NCBI GenBank assembly: GCA_003553525.1
Contig: PWEO01000127.1
Span: 872-64,871 of the forward strand
Direction of reading: 5' to 3'
Length of the DNA stretch: 64,000 nt
DNA from: Clostridiaceae bacterium
GTDB lineage: Bacteria > Bacillota > Clostridia > Peptostreptococcales > T1SED10-28
Shown: piece by piece, positions 1-9,220 of the stretch
Layout of the letters: each line of letters opens with the position of its first letter
Numbering within the stretch: the first letter of the stretch is position 1
Program-made: the position numbers and the translations under genes
The notes under the pieces: generated by a model
Told to the model about the DNA's origin: nothing
What the model saw: only the letters and a program-made list of their open reading frames with translations
Databases searched by the model: none

Positions 1-1
1 A

Positions 2-202
2 AAGGGTCTTCTAACCGAGATTACGTTGTTATTATCGGAATCGAAAATTACTGTGAATTCATTAAATGCCCGGACAAATAAAGAAAAAATCGCTTTTATT
101 AATTTAACCCTAGAAGTTGGAAGTACGGAACATCTCACAAAACTCATTGAGAAACTTAAACATATTCAAGGGGTTTTTGATGCGTACCGAGTGAAAAATT
201 AG
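2..202 (+). CDS. relA: GTP pyrophosphokinase (RelA/SpoT family), C-terminal ACT-like domain; 5-prime end cut by the window edge
   Basis: Open frame enters from the window edge and stops at TAG 200-202. The tail ...LTLEVGSTEHLTKLIEKLKHIQGVFDAYRVKN looks like the RelA C-terminal regulatory domain. It lies directly upstream of dtd, as in the Firmicute relA-dtd synteny. Confidence 0.6.
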   Translation, partial: KGLLTEITLLLSESKITVNSLNARTNKEKIAFINLTLEVGSTEHLTKLIEKLKHIQGVFDAYRVKN

Positions 203-217
203 AGAAGGAGGATTTAT

Positions 218-667
218 GTGAGAGCAGTTGTACAAAGAGTAGTGTCGGCCTCTGTAAGTGTAGAAGAAAAGATCGAAGGACAGATCGGAAAAGGTCTTCT
301 GGTTTATCTCGGCGTTGAAGAGGGCGATGAACTTAAGGATGTTATCTATTTAGCTGAAAAAATATGTAATTTGCGGATTTTTGAAGATGAGAATGAGAAG
401 ATGAATCGATCCCTTCTCGATGAGCAAGGTTCCATTTTGGCTATTTCTCAGTTCACATTACTTGGAGATTGTCGAAAGGGAAGACGCCCCAGTTTTTCCA
501 GAGCTGGAAAACCGGAAGAGGCCAATGAATTATATGCGAAATTTGTTGAGATTTGCGGCGAGCTTGGTGCATCCGTTGAAACCGGTGTTTTCCAAGCTCA
601 TATGTTGGTTTCATCGGTTAATGATGGGCCGGTAACTATTATGATTGATAGCAATAAAGCTTTTTAA
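218..667 (+). CDS. dtd: D-aminoacyl-tRNA deacylase
   Basis: 149 aa with N-terminus MRAVVQRV and the SQFTL and NDGPVT motifs typical of Dtd. GTG start lies 6 nt after GAAGGAGG. Confidence 0.95.
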   Translation: MRAVVQRVVSASVSVEEKIEGQIGKGLLVYLGVEEGDELKDVIYLAEKICNLRIFEDENEKMNRSLLDEQGSILAISQFTLLGDCRKGRRPSFSRAGKPEEANELYAKFVEICGELGASVETGVFQAHMLVSSVNDGPVTIMIDSNKAF

Positions 668-692
668 ATCTTATTGATAAGGAGTTGATTAC

Positions 693-1310
693 ATGATTTT
701 TCACAAGTTGGAAGTTGGAGTATATGGTGTGAATGCTTATATTCTGGGTGATGAAGAAACCAAAGAAGCAGTAGTAATAGATCCTGGTGGAAACAGTGAT
801 GACATAAGCTCATTGCTCAGAAAAGAAAAATTGACCCTACAAGCAATTTTACTAACCCATGCTCATGGAGACCATATTGGAGGTATTGTGGGTCTTGTAA
901 AGGACTGGAAAGCGCCTGTATTCGTGCATGAAAAGGATCTTTATATACTTCAGGATGCAGAGTTGAATTATACTTCAAGAATGCCCATGAACGCTGTGAA
1001 TTTCAGTGATGCTAAAATTTTAAAACATGAAGACTTATTAATATACGGAAATCTTGAAATTAAAGTAATTCACACTCCGGGACATAGTCCGGGAGGAATT
1101 ACCTTTCAGGTTGAAGATCATTTATTCACAGGAGATGCCCTGTTCAAGGGTTCTATCGGAAGAACAGATCTTGAAGGTGGAAATCACAAGCAGTTAGTTA
1201 ATGCTATTAAAGAAAAATTAATGGTGTTAAAAAATGACTACAAAGTACATCCAGGCCATGGGCCGGATACCACATTAGAAGAAGAACGGATAAATAACCC
1301 TTATTTATAA
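693..1310 (+). CDS. MBL-fold metallo-hydrolase (glyoxalase II-like)
   Basis: 205 aa with the HxHxDH motif (THAHGDH) and downstream His/Asp ligands. AAGGAG RBS upstream. Confidence 0.85.
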   Translation: MIFHKLEVGVYGVNAYILGDEETKEAVVIDPGGNSDDISSLLRKEKLTLQAILLTHAHGDHIGGIVGLVKDWKAPVFVHEKDLYILQDAELNYTSRMPMNAVNFSDAKILKHEDLLIYGNLEIKVIHTPGHSPGGITFQVEDHLFTGDALFKGSIGRTDLEGGNHKQLVNAIKEKLMVLKNDYKVHPGHGPDTTLEEERINNPYL

Positions 1311-1398
1311 ATAAATGATTTACCAATCTCAAAACAAGAGAACGGTAATAATGTTATGTAAATACAATATTGAAAAGTGAAAAAGGAGTGATAAATAT

Positions 1399-3177
1399 AT
1401 GGAAAAACTGAAACGGAGTCATATGGCAGGAATTCTAAGAAGAGAACATATCGGACAAGAAGTAATTCTTGCCGGATGGGTTCAAAAACGGAGAGATCTT
1501 GGGGGATTAATATTTGTGGATTTACGGGATAAAACCGGAATCACTCAGGTAGTATTTGATCAGGATGTTTCAAAAGAAGCTTTTACTACAGGCGAGACTT
1601 TAGGTTCGGAATACGTTATAATTATCAAAGGAAAAGTCATTGAGAGACATTCTAAAAACTTGGATATGCCCACAGGAGAAGTGGAAGTATTTGTTGAAGA
1701 GGTAGAAGTTTTAAATGAAGCCAAAACTCCACCGATCTACATAAAGGATGATGACCAGGTTTCTGAAAATCTTCGACTGAAATATCGATACTTGGATCTT
1801 CGAAAAAAGAATATGCAACAAAACCTTAAACTGCGGCATGATGTTACCAAACTGGTTCGCGAGTTTTTAGACAATGAAACTTTCGTAGAGGTGGAGACAC
1901 CGATTTTAACGAAACCGACACCGGAAGGAGCCCGGGATTATATTGTTCCCAGTCGGGTAAATCAAGGGAAATTTTACGCACTGCCTCAGTCTCCTCAACT
2001 GTTCAAACAGTTGTTAATGGTATCGGGAACCGATCGGTACTTTCAAATCGTGAAGTGTTTTAGAGATGAGGACTTAAGAGCCGACCGTCAACCGGAATTC
2101 ACACAAATTGATTGTGAAATGTCTTTTGTAGATGAAGAGGACATTATGGAAATAAATGAAAGAATGATGGCTTATGTACTTAAAAATATCAAAGGGGTAG
2201 ATATCACTTTACCAGTCCCTCGGATAACTTATGAAGAAGCCATGGATCGATATGGTAATGATAAACCCGATACCCGATTCGGTCTAGAGCTCATTGATGT
2301 TACGGAAAGCCTGAAAAATTCGGAGTTCAAGGTTTTTTCCAGCACCATTGAAAAAGGCGGAATTATTAAAGCGATCAATGTTACCGGTCAAGCAGAGAAC
2401 TTCAGCCGTAAGGATATTACAAATCTTGAGAAATACACGAAGGATTACGGTGCGAAGGGTCTTGCTTGGTTAAAAATTATGGAAGATGGAGTAAACTCTC
2501 CTATAGCCAAATTTCTTAGGGGAGCAGAGATTCAAAGTATTTTAGATAAAACTGGAGGAAAAGCCGGAGACTTGCTGTTATTTGTTGCAGACGATACTCA
2601 TGTGGTTCATAGTGCCCTCGGTAATCTTCGAAATAATTTAGGGAAGGAATTAAATCTTTACAAGAAGGATCAGTATAACTTCCTTTGGGTAACAGAATTT
2701 CCATTGTTTGAAAGAGATAAAGAGACGAATAGTTTAACCGCTAGTCATCATCCATTTACTGCACCGATTGATGAGGATCTATTATTATTGGATAAGAAAC
2801 CGGAAGATGCCCGAGCAAGAGCGTATGACTTAGTATTAAACGGTTATGAAATTGGAGGCGGAAGTATTCGAATTCATACTTCGGACATTCAGGAGAAAAT
2901 GTTTAAAGCCCTTGGGTTCACAAAAGAGGAAGCCTATAAAAAATTTGGATTTTTGCTAGAGGCTTTTCAATATGGAACACCACCCCACGGTGGGATTGCT
3001 TATGGTTTGGATCGCTTGGTAATGATATTAGCTCATGAAGAAAACATTCGTCAGGTAATTGCTTTTCCTAAAACGCAAAACGCTACCTGCCTCTTGACCG
3101 ATGCCCCTACAACCATTGATGATGAACAGTTAGCAGAACTGCACATCAATGTAAATTCCACAGATAAAACTTCTTAA
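1399..3177 (+). CDS. aspS: aspartate--tRNA ligase
   Basis: 592 aa class IIb aaRS with an N-terminal OB fold. Motifs [18 protein letters not shown] and GGGSIRIH, with the bacterial insertion domain present. Confidence 0.97.
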   Translation: MEKLKRSHMAGILRREHIGQEVILAGWVQKRRDLGGLIFVDLRDKTGITQVVFDQDVSKEAFTTGETLGSEYVIIIKGKVIERHSKNLDMPTGEVEVFVEEVEVLNEAKTPPIYIKDDDQVSENLRLKYRYLDLRKKNMQQNLKLRHDVTKLVREFLDNETFVEVETPILTKPTPEGARDYIVPSRVNQGKFYALPQSPQLFKQLLMVSGTDRYFQIVKCFRDEDLRADRQPEFTQIDCEMSFVDEEDIMEINERMMAYVLKNIKGVDITLPVPRITYEEAMDRYGNDKPDTRFGLELIDVTESLKNSEFKVFSSTIEKGGIIKAINVTGQAENFSRKDITNLEKYTKDYGAKGLAWLKIMEDGVNSPIAKFLRGAEIQSILDKTGGKAGDLLLFVADDTHVVHSALGNLRNNLGKELNLYKKDQYNFLWVTEFPLFERDKETNSLTASHHPFTAPIDEDLLLLDKKPEDARARAYDLVLNGYEIGGGSIRIHTSDIQEKMFKALGFTKEEAYKKFGFLLEAFQYGTPPHGGIAYGLDRLVMILAHEENIRQVIAFPKTQNATCLLTDAPTTIDDEQLAELHINVNSTDKTS

Positions 3178-3204
3178 GGGGGCCTTTTATAGCCTTCTTA
3201 AGGA

Positions 3205-3233
3205 TTGAACATCTGAGCATTTTATGGTATCAT
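3205..3233 (+). promoter_or_regulatory. sigma-A type promoter for the 6S RNA (TTGAAC-17 nt-TGgTATCAT)
   Basis: -35 TTGAAC at 3205-3210, a 17-nt spacer and an extended -10 TGGTATCAT ending at 3233, about 8-10 nt before the start of the 6S closing stem. Confidence 0.5.
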
Positions 3234-3242
3234 TAGATATAG

Positions 3243-3425
3243 CAAAAGAGCCTGCTGTGTGCGTCAAATCGAATATGTTTTGAGCCAACACTATTACATT
3301 GGGAACCCGGAGTTTACCCGCAGAGCACATGCCAGCTACTGGACTTGCAAAACGGGTAGCAGGGTACCCACCTGCGAGCGCAGGTTTCAAAACACTCGAT
3401 AAAGACGGCACGGCGGGTTTTTTTA
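3243..3425 (+). ncRNA. ssrS: 6S RNA (SsrS/BsrA-like RNA polymerase-binding RNA)
   Basis: Non-coding gap of about 180 nt between aspS and tcdA, the known location of B. subtilis 6S-1 (bsrA). The 5-prime end AAAGAGCCTGCTGTGTGCGTC pairs (with G-U pairs) to the 3-prime end GACGGCACGGCGGGTTTTT, giving the long closing helix typical of 6S. The 84-aa minus-strand ORF here (3187-3441) has no RBS and is rejected. Confidence 0.65.
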
Positions 3426-3478
3426 TGCAAAATATTTGCAAAAATACGAACCATATTTTATAATCAAAGGGTGAAGAT

Positions 3479-4195
3479 ATGAAAAATCAGTTTGAACGAA
3501 CGGAGCTTCTGGCTAATGGTACTTCTTTAAAAAGCTTTTCCGATAAACACATTGCAATTTTTGGTGTGGGAGGTGTGGGATCCTATGCGGCTGAGGCATT
3601 GGTAAGAGCAGGTATTGGAGAAATCACCATTCTGGACTCCGATGTGGTTTGTGTAACGAATATTAATCGTCAAATTCAAGCCAGTCATAGAACCATCGGG
3701 CAGGATAAAGTAATGGTAATGAGAGAGCGTTTATTAGATATCAATCCTAACTTAAAAATTCATAGCTTCAAAGATCACTTATCTAATGAAAACATTAAAG
3801 AATTGGTGAGAAAAGATTTTGATTATATCATTGATGCAATCGATACCATCTCAGCAAAACTACTATTAATTGAACAGGCTAAGAAACTAGACATTCCTGT
3901 GATCAGCAGTATGGGAGCCGGTAATAAAATAGACCCGACTAAATTTTTAGTAGCTGATATCCATGAAACAAACACTTGTCCCCTTGCTAGGGTTATGCGA
4001 AAAGAATTACGCAAAAGAAAACTCACAGACATTAAGGTGGTGTTCTCTGTGGAGAAGCCTCTGGAGGTCGAAAGAATTTCTTCGGATCCAAAGTATGAAC
4101 GTAAAAAAACGCCGGGAAGCATTTCTTTTGTTCCATCCGCAGCAGGTCTTGTTATTGCGTCGGAAGTTTTTAAAGATTTATGGAAAGGAGCTTGA
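3479..4195 (+). CDS. tcdA: tRNA threonylcarbamoyladenosine dehydratase (ThiF/HesA family, YrvM-like)
   Basis: 238 aa with the Rossmann motif GVGGVGS and ThiF-family architecture. It sits downstream of aspS/6S as in Bacillus. Confidence 0.85.
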   Translation: MKNQFERTELLANGTSLKSFSDKHIAIFGVGGVGSYAAEALVRAGIGEITILDSDVVCVTNINRQIQASHRTIGQDKVMVMRERLLDINPNLKIHSFKDHLSNENIKELVRKDFDYIIDAIDTISAKLLLIEQAKKLDIPVISSMGAGNKIDPTKFLVADIHETNTCPLARVMRKELRKRKLTDIKVVFSVEKPLEVERISSDPKYERKKTPGSISFVPSAAGLVIASEVFKDLWKGA

Positions 4196-4617
4196 TGATG
4201 AAACAATATGGAAAAGTAGTGGAAGTTTCAGAGGATAAAGCTTTTGTCATTATGGAAAAAAATTCGAGTTGCAGTGGTTGCAACGCTTGTAAATTGGGGA
4301 GCGACAGCCATGAGCTTCGAATTGAAGCCCTAAATACTGCCGGTGCAAAAAGTGATCAGATCGTGGAAGTTGATATGGAGGGACAACATGTCCTAACTGC
4401 AGCTTTTATTCTTTATATGATTCCTTTGTTTGCTTTATTAATGGGGGTAGTAATCGGGAACATAGTATTCCCTGCCCAGGAAATCTTTGCAGCTTTGATA
4501 GGCTTTGGATTAATGGCCTTATCCTTTTTAGGAATCAAATTGAAAAACGAATCCTTTAAGAATGATAAAAAATACATTCCAGTAATAACTAAAATCGCAG
4601 ATAAAAAGCCTGTATAA
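4195..4617 (+). CDS. RseC/MucC-family (SoxR-reducing system-like) small membrane protein
   Basis: N-terminal Cys cluster CSGCNAC followed by two hydrophobic helices. ATG 4195 overlaps the tcdA stop (TGATG). The ORF-track start at 4180 lacks an RBS. Confidence 0.7.
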   Translation: MMKQYGKVVEVSEDKAFVIMEKNSSCSGCNACKLGSDSHELRIEALNTAGAKSDQIVEVDMEGQHVLTAAFILYMIPLFALLMGVVIGNIVFPAQEIFAALIGFGLMALSFLGIKLKNESFKNDKKYIPVITKIADKKPV

Positions 4618-4629
4618 GGCTTTTTTTGC
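4602..4629 (+). terminator. rho-independent terminator
   Basis: Stem AAAAGCC/GGCTTTT enclosing the stop codon, followed by a T-run. Confidence 0.7.
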
Positions 4630-4647
4630 TATTTATTATTTATGGCC

Positions 4648-4676
4648 TTGTCAAAAATCTTTAGAAAACTTATAAT
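4648..4676 (+). promoter_or_regulatory. sigma-A promoter of glyA (TTGTCA-17-TATAAT)
   Basis: -35 TTGTCA at 4648-4653, exactly 17 nt of spacer, and -10 TATAAT at 4671-4676. Confidence 0.5.
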
Positions 4677-4712
4677 ATATTTGTAAGTACAATAAATGAG
4701 AGGAGCAATTCT

Positions 4713-5954
4713 ATGAACTTTAAAAATTTAGAAATTCAAGATCCTGAAATCTACGAGGTAATTAAAAAAGAAAAAAGGCGACAAGAGGGAAATATTGAAT
4801 TGATTGCTTCAGAAAACTTTGTAACGGAATCCGTAATGGAAACTATGGGCAGTTATTTAACAAATAAATATGCGGAAGGTTATCCCGGAAAACGTTACTA
4901 TGGGGGCTGCGAAGAGGTTGATGTGGCAGAAAATCTTGCCATTGATCGATTGAAAACCCTATTTAATGCGGAACACGCTAATGTACAGCCTCATTCCGGC
5001 TCCAATGCAAACCTTGGTGTTTATTTTGCCGTGTTAAAACCGGGGGATACGGTTCTTGGAATGAATTTATCCCATGGAGGGCACTTAACCCACGGAAGTC
5101 CGGTAAACTTCTCGGGATCCTATTACAATTTTGTGGACTACGGAGTAGACCCGGAAACCCAGCAGATTGATTATGAGGTTGTTCGAAAAAAAGCCTTAGA
5201 AACCAAGCCGAAGCTGATTGTCGCTGGGGGTAGTGCTTATCCAAGAGAAATTGATTTTAGAAAATTCAGAGAAATTGCAGATGAAGTAGACGCTTATTTA
5301 ATGGTGGATATGGCTCATATTGCAGGACTTATTGCAGCGGGTCTTCATATGAACCCGTGCGAGCACGCAGATTTCGTAACTACCACCACCCATAAAACCT
5401 TAAGAGGTCCAAGAGGAGGGGCTATCCTTTGCAAAGCGGAACATAAAAAAGCTATTGATAAAGCCATTTTTCCCGGTATGCAAGGTGGTCCATTAATGCA
5501 CGTTATTGCAGCAAAGGCTGTAGCGTTTAAAGAAGCTTTAAGTGAAGAATTTAATCAGTATCAGCAACAGGTTATTAAAAATGCTAAAGCTTTAGGTGAA
5601 GAGTTGAAAAAACGAGATTTCACCTTGGTTTCTGATGGTACAGATACCCATTTACTATTGGTGGATCTCAGAAATAAAAATATTACCGGCAAAAAAGCAG
5701 AAAATTTATTGGATGAAGTAAAGGTTACTGTTAACAAAAATACTATTCCCTTTGATCCTGAGAGTCCTTTTGTGACGAGTGGAATTAGAATAGGAACCCC
5801 TGCAGTAACTACAAGAGGAATGAAAGAAGAAGATATGACAGTAATTGCGGAGATTATGGATCTGATAATTTCAAATCCTGATAAAAAATCGGAAGCCATA
5901 AAAATGGTAGATAAACTTTGTGGTAAATATGAACTGTATGAATCAGCGAAGTAG
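4713..5954 (+). CDS. glyA: serine hydroxymethyltransferase
   Basis: 413 aa with the motifs IELIASENF and [14 protein letters not shown] (PLP lysine). Confidence 0.97.
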   Translation: MNFKNLEIQDPEIYEVIKKEKRRQEGNIELIASENFVTESVMETMGSYLTNKYAEGYPGKRYYGGCEEVDVAENLAIDRLKTLFNAEHANVQPHSGSNANLGVYFAVLKPGDTVLGMNLSHGGHLTHGSPVNFSGSYYNFVDYGVDPETQQIDYEVVRKKALETKPKLIVAGGSAYPREIDFRKFREIADEVDAYLMVDMAHIAGLIAAGLHMNPCEHADFVTTTTHKTLRGPRGGAILCKAEHKKAIDKAIFPGMQGGPLMHVIAAKAVAFKEALSEEFNQYQQQVIKNAKALGEELKKRDFTLVSDGTDTHLLLVDLRNKNITGKKAENLLDEVKVTVNKNTIPFDPESPFVTSGIRIGTPAVTTRGMKEEDMTVIAEIMDLIISNPDKKSEAIKMVDKLCGKYELYESAK

Positions 5955-6004
5955 GCAATAGCATTATTAGCGTTTGTAGCTAGATATAGATTATAAGAAA
6001 GCAT

Positions 6005-6040
6005 AAAAAAGGTAGAGGCTATAAAGTTCTCTACCTTTTT
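6005..6040 (+). terminator. rho-independent terminator after glyA
   Basis: Stem GGTAGAG/CTCTACC (6011-6017 / 6029-6035) flanked by an A-run and a T-run. Confidence 0.8.
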
Positions 6041-6061
6041 CATCCTAAAGGGGAGAATTTT

Positions 6062-7510
6062 ATGATTTCAAAAAGTGAATTAAATGTAATCCTGGAAAAG
6101 ATTCTTTATTCTATTGAAGAAGGGGTTCATGTTATTGATAATCAAGGGAAAACTCTTTTATATAATGATGAAATGGCAACATTGGAAGAAATGAACACAA
6201 AAGATGTTATTGGAACCAGTCTTTTAAAGCTATTTCCCAGTTTGACTGAAGAAAGCAGCACCTTGCTCAGAGTATTAAAAACAGAAAAACCTATTATCAA
6301 TAAAAGTCAGACCTACTTAAATCATGAAGGAAAGGAAATAACAACCATTAACTCCACTTTTCCTCTTTACTATAAAAATGAGAAAATCGGTGCTTTAGAA
6401 ATTGCTAAAAACATTACCAAAATTAAAAAACTGTCAGATCAGATTCAACAGCTGCAGGACCAGTTAATTGAACCCATAGAAAATACTCAAAAAAGAAGAA
6501 ATCAATACAATTTTGATTATTTAATTGGGAAAAGTTCTGAGTTTTTTAAAGCAATTAATGTTGCCAGAAAAGCAAGTAAAACTTCTTCAAGTGTTTTAAT
6601 TTATGGGGAAACCGGAACGGGAAAAGAAATATTTGCTCAAAGCATCCATAATGAAAGTATAAGAAAAAACAAACCTTTCATCGGACAAAACTGTGCGGCA
6701 TTTCCGGAGAATCTATTGGAAGGCATTCTGTTCGGAACAAAAAAAGGTAGCTTTACAGGGGCTGTAGACCGTCCCGGGATTTTTGAACAGGCCAACGGGG
6801 GCACGATTCTTTTAGATGAAATTGACTCAATGGATCAAAACTTACAGGCAAAACTTTTAAGAGTATTGCAGGAAAATTATATTCGGAGAATCGGCGGAAC
6901 AAAGGATATTTCTATAGATGTACGAATTCTTGCCACTACGAATCAAGATCCCAAAGTTTTGTTAGAGAAGAACTTAATACGTAAAGATCTTTATTATCGA
7001 CTAAGCGTTTTAAATATAATTATTCCTCCTCTTAGGGAAAGAGAACAGGATCTGGAGTTACTCAGTGACTACTTTATCGATAAATATAATCGTAAATTTA
7101 GTAAAGAAGTTTGGATGCTTTCTGATGGAGTTAAAGATATATTTCAAAGTTATCATTGGCCGGGAAATGTACGGGAGTTGGAAAATGTTATTGAAGGAGC
7201 TATGAATTTAATTAATCAGGAGCATGTTATTAAAGAAGAGCATTTGTCGAATTATATTGTGGATTATTATCATAATATGCATTCACAAACTAATGAAGGG
7301 AATGGGAGGGAATTTACAGAAAAAAGTGAAGTGAGTGATTCCATGAGAAAGCAGTTGGATTTAAACAAGTCCTTGGAAGATTATGAAAAGCACTTAATTA
7401 CAAATGCTTTAGGTGTCAATCAACAAAATATCAGTCAGGCAGCCAGGATGCTAAGTATAAAAAGACAAACTCTTCAATACAAAGTTAAGAAATATAAATT
7501 GGAAAAATAA
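6062..7510 (+). CDS. sigma-54-dependent transcriptional activator (PAS - AAA+ - Fis-type HTH), probable regulator of the ornithine degradation operon
   Basis: 482 aa with an N-terminal PAS domain, Walker A GETGTGKE, a GSFTGA (GAFTGA-type) sigma-54 contact loop and a C-terminal HTH (ISQAARMLSIKRQTLQYKVKKY). It lies directly upstream of a -24/-12 promoter. Confidence 0.9.
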   Translation: MISKSELNVILEKILYSIEEGVHVIDNQGKTLLYNDEMATLEEMNTKDVIGTSLLKLFPSLTEESSTLLRVLKTEKPIINKSQTYLNHEGKEITTINSTFPLYYKNEKIGALEIAKNITKIKKLSDQIQQLQDQLIEPIENTQKRRNQYNFDYLIGKSSEFFKAINVARKASKTSSSVLIYGETGTGKEIFAQSIHNESIRKNKPFIGQNCAAFPENLLEGILFGTKKGSFTGAVDRPGIFEQANGGTILLDEIDSMDQNLQAKLLRVLQENYIRRIGGTKDISIDVRILATTNQDPKVLLEKNLIRKDLYYRLSVLNIIIPPLREREQDLELLSDYFIDKYNRKFSKEVWMLSDGVKDIFQSYHWPGNVRELENVIEGAMNLINQEHVIKEEHLSNYIVDYYHNMHSQTNEGNGREFTEKSEVSDSMRKQLDLNKSLEDYEKHLITNALGVNQQNISQAARMLSIKRQTLQYKVKKYKLEK

Positions 7511-7555
7511 CGCAAAATATTTTGCATTTAATGCAAAATATTTTGCGTTATTTTT
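7503..7555 (+). terminator. perfect long hairpin (terminator-like) overlapping the stop codon of the activator gene
   Basis: AAAAATAACGCAAAATATTTTGCAT-tta-ATGCAAAATATTTTGCGTTATTTTT, fully complementary arms with an A-tract and a T-tract. Confidence 0.7.
7512..7546 (+). promoter_or_regulatory. two tandem 14-bp palindromes GCAAAATATTTTGC (candidate enhancer/UAS for the sigma-54 activator)
   Basis: Copies at 7512-7525 and 7533-7546, 21 bp centre to centre (two helical turns), about 210-245 bp upstream of the -24/-12 promoter. That distance is typical for EBP binding sites. Confidence 0.4.
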
Positions 7556-7756
7556 AGCTTGCTAATAAATCACCGAATATAATGATTAAAAAATGAATAC
7601 ATATAGTACAAGGGTTTATAGTTATACGTTTTGATTGCAAGTGAAATAAATATATCCGAATTTATAGCATCAATCAGCTTTATTATTAAATTTATAAGAA
7701 CGGTTTAATAAGATTTGTTAAGTTTCTTTTACTTTATTACTGTATATATTATATTA

Positions 7757-7772
7757 TGGCATACTAATTGCT
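7757..7772 (+). promoter_or_regulatory. sigma-54 (-24/-12) promoter of the ornithine operon
   Basis: TGGCAT-actaa-TTGCT with canonical GG/GC spacing, 74 nt upstream of the ord ATG. Confidence 0.8.
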
Positions 7773-7845
7773 ATGTAATATAGTAGAAAGATAATATTCA
7801 TTTAGAAGTTTGTGAAACAATTAAAAATTAGAAGGAGGGTTTATT

Positions 7846-8892
7846 ATGAAGGAAAATGTTAAAGTAGTTATTTGGGGATTTGGTGCTATGGGTAGTGGGA
7901 TGGCAGAGATGCTCTTGAAAAAACAAGGCGTTGAAATTGTTGGCGTTTGTGATCGAAACGAAGAGCGGGTTGGGAAAGACATGTTTGAAGTACTGGAAAT
8001 GGTTCGTGGAGATCGTGATCCTGTAATGATTACCAGTGATATCAATGACTTGGCCAAGAAAAAATTTGCTGATGTTGCCCTGCTTGCAACAGACTCTTTT
8101 ACTAAAGGAGCTTTTGATAAGATTAAGCTTATGTTAGAAAATCAAATGAATGTGATTTCCACAGCGGAAGAAATGGCCTATCCACAAGCACAAGAGCCTG
8201 AACTTGCAGACCAGTTAAATAAAATAGCAAAAGAAAACAATGTTACTGTCTTAGGAACGGGAATAAACCCTGGCTTTGTATTGGATTATTTAGTATTGGC
8301 ATTGACGGGAACTTGTGAGACCGTGGACCATATCAGTGCTTCCCGAGTTAATGACTTGTCTCCTTTCGGACATGCGGTAATGGAAGAGCAAGGGGTAGGA
8401 CTGACAAGGAAAGATTTTGAAGATGGAGTAAAAAACGGGAAAGTAGCCGGACATGTAGGTTTTCCCGAGTCCATTCATATGGTAGCTGACGGGATCGGTT
8501 GGAAGGTAGAAAAAATTGATGAAACCAGAGAACCCATCATGAGCAATACCGATCGAAAAACCAAATATACCGAAGTAAAAGCCGGAAACGTGGCAGGTTG
8601 TAAACAATGTGGTTACGGTTATGTAGACGGATCTCTTAAAATTGATATGGAGCATCCGCAACAAATTTTACCGGAAACCGAAGGTATTGATACGGGAGAT
8701 TATATTAATATCAAAGGAGTTCCTAACATTAACATGTCCATTAAGCCTGAAATTCCAGGTGGCATAGGTACCATAGCAATGTGCATAAACATGATTCCCC
8801 ATGTATTAAATGCCGGCGCAGGTCTTAAAACGATGTTGGATCTTCCTGTACCAAGAGCAATTATGGGTGATATGAGAGATATGTTGGATTAA
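7846..8892 (+). CDS. ord: 2,4-diaminopentanoate dehydrogenase
   Basis: 348 aa with N-terminal Rossmann GFGAMGSG and a DapB-like fold family. It is the first gene of the conserved ord-ortAB-oraSE-orr cluster known from Clostridium (Acetoanaerobium) sticklandii. Confidence 0.88.
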   Translation: MKENVKVVIWGFGAMGSGMAEMLLKKQGVEIVGVCDRNEERVGKDMFEVLEMVRGDRDPVMITSDINDLAKKKFADVALLATDSFTKGAFDKIKLMLENQMNVISTAEEMAYPQAQEPELADQLNKIAKENNVTVLGTGINPGFVLDYLVLALTGTCETVDHISASRVNDLSPFGHAVMEEQGVGLTRKDFEDGVKNGKVAGHVGFPESIHMVADGIGWKVEKIDETREPIMSNTDRKTKYTEVKAGNVAGCKQCGYGYVDGSLKIDMEHPQQILPETEGIDTGDYINIKGVPNINMSIKPEIPGGIGTIAMCINMIPHVLNAGAGLKTMLDLPVPRAIMGDMRDMLD

Positions 8893-8908
8893 TTAGGAGG
8901 TGTACAGG

Positions 8909-9220
8909 TTGGAAATCATAAAAAAAGGAAGTTGGGTTCGAATATATGATGTGGTACTGGAGTCCACGGAACGGTCTCCGAATTTACCAGAGGATACGAA
9001 AAAAGTGCCCTTGGAAATGTGGAATAAAGGATTTTTACTAAAAGATGCTGAAATTGGAGAGCAAGTGTCAGTGAAAACTCTGACTAGCCGTATTGTAAAA
9101 GGGAAGCTTCTTGAAGAAAATCCTACCTATACTCACAGTTTCGGAAAATTTGTTCCGGAAATATTGCCAATCGGCAGACAGTTACGGGAAATCCTTCAAG
9201 GTGGTGATGAAGATGCATAA
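8909..9220 (+). CDS. ortA: 2-amino-4-ketopentanoate thiolase, alpha subunit
   Basis: Small protein of about 103 aa between ord and ortB. The TTG at 8909 sits 8 nt after AGGAGG (8895-8900), whereas the ORF-track GTG at 8900 overlaps the RBS. Its stop overlaps the ortB start region. Confidence 0.82.
   Translation: MEIIKKGSWVRIYDVVLESTERSPNLPEDTKKVPLEMWNKGFLLKDAEIGEQVSVKTLTSRIVKGKLLEENPTYTHSFGKFVPEILPIGRQLREILQGGDEDA

Noticed and set aside
1311-1398. Looked for T-box leaders or riboswitches upstream of aspS, asnS (23058-23086), glyA (4618-4712), ltaE (15663-15870) and purB
   Set aside because: The gaps are too short, or they lack the specifier/T-box sequence, glycine, purine or B12 riboswitch core motifs I can recognise by eye.
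3172-3201. Hairpin CTTAAGGGGG / CCTTCTTAAG right after the aspS stop as a terminator
   Set aside because: The stem needs two G-U pairs and is not followed by a T-run. It overlaps the 6S promoter region, so at best it is a weak or leaky terminator.
3187-3441. 84-aa minus-strand ORF in the aspS-tcdA gap
   Set aside because: The region is better explained by a 6S RNA (promoter, long closing helix, conserved location). The ORF has no RBS.
5561-6043. 160-aa minus-strand ORF overlapping the 3-prime end of glyA and its terminator
   Set aside because: It is antisense to a highly conserved gene, starts inside the terminator hairpin, has no RBS, and its low-complexity composition is typical of shadow ORFs.
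9111-9206. Upstream extension of ortB given by the ORF track (start 9111)
   Set aside because: It lies entirely within ortA in another frame. The ATGs at 9207 and 9213 sit at the ortA stop with an upstream purine-rich RBS, which is the usual coupled arrangement.
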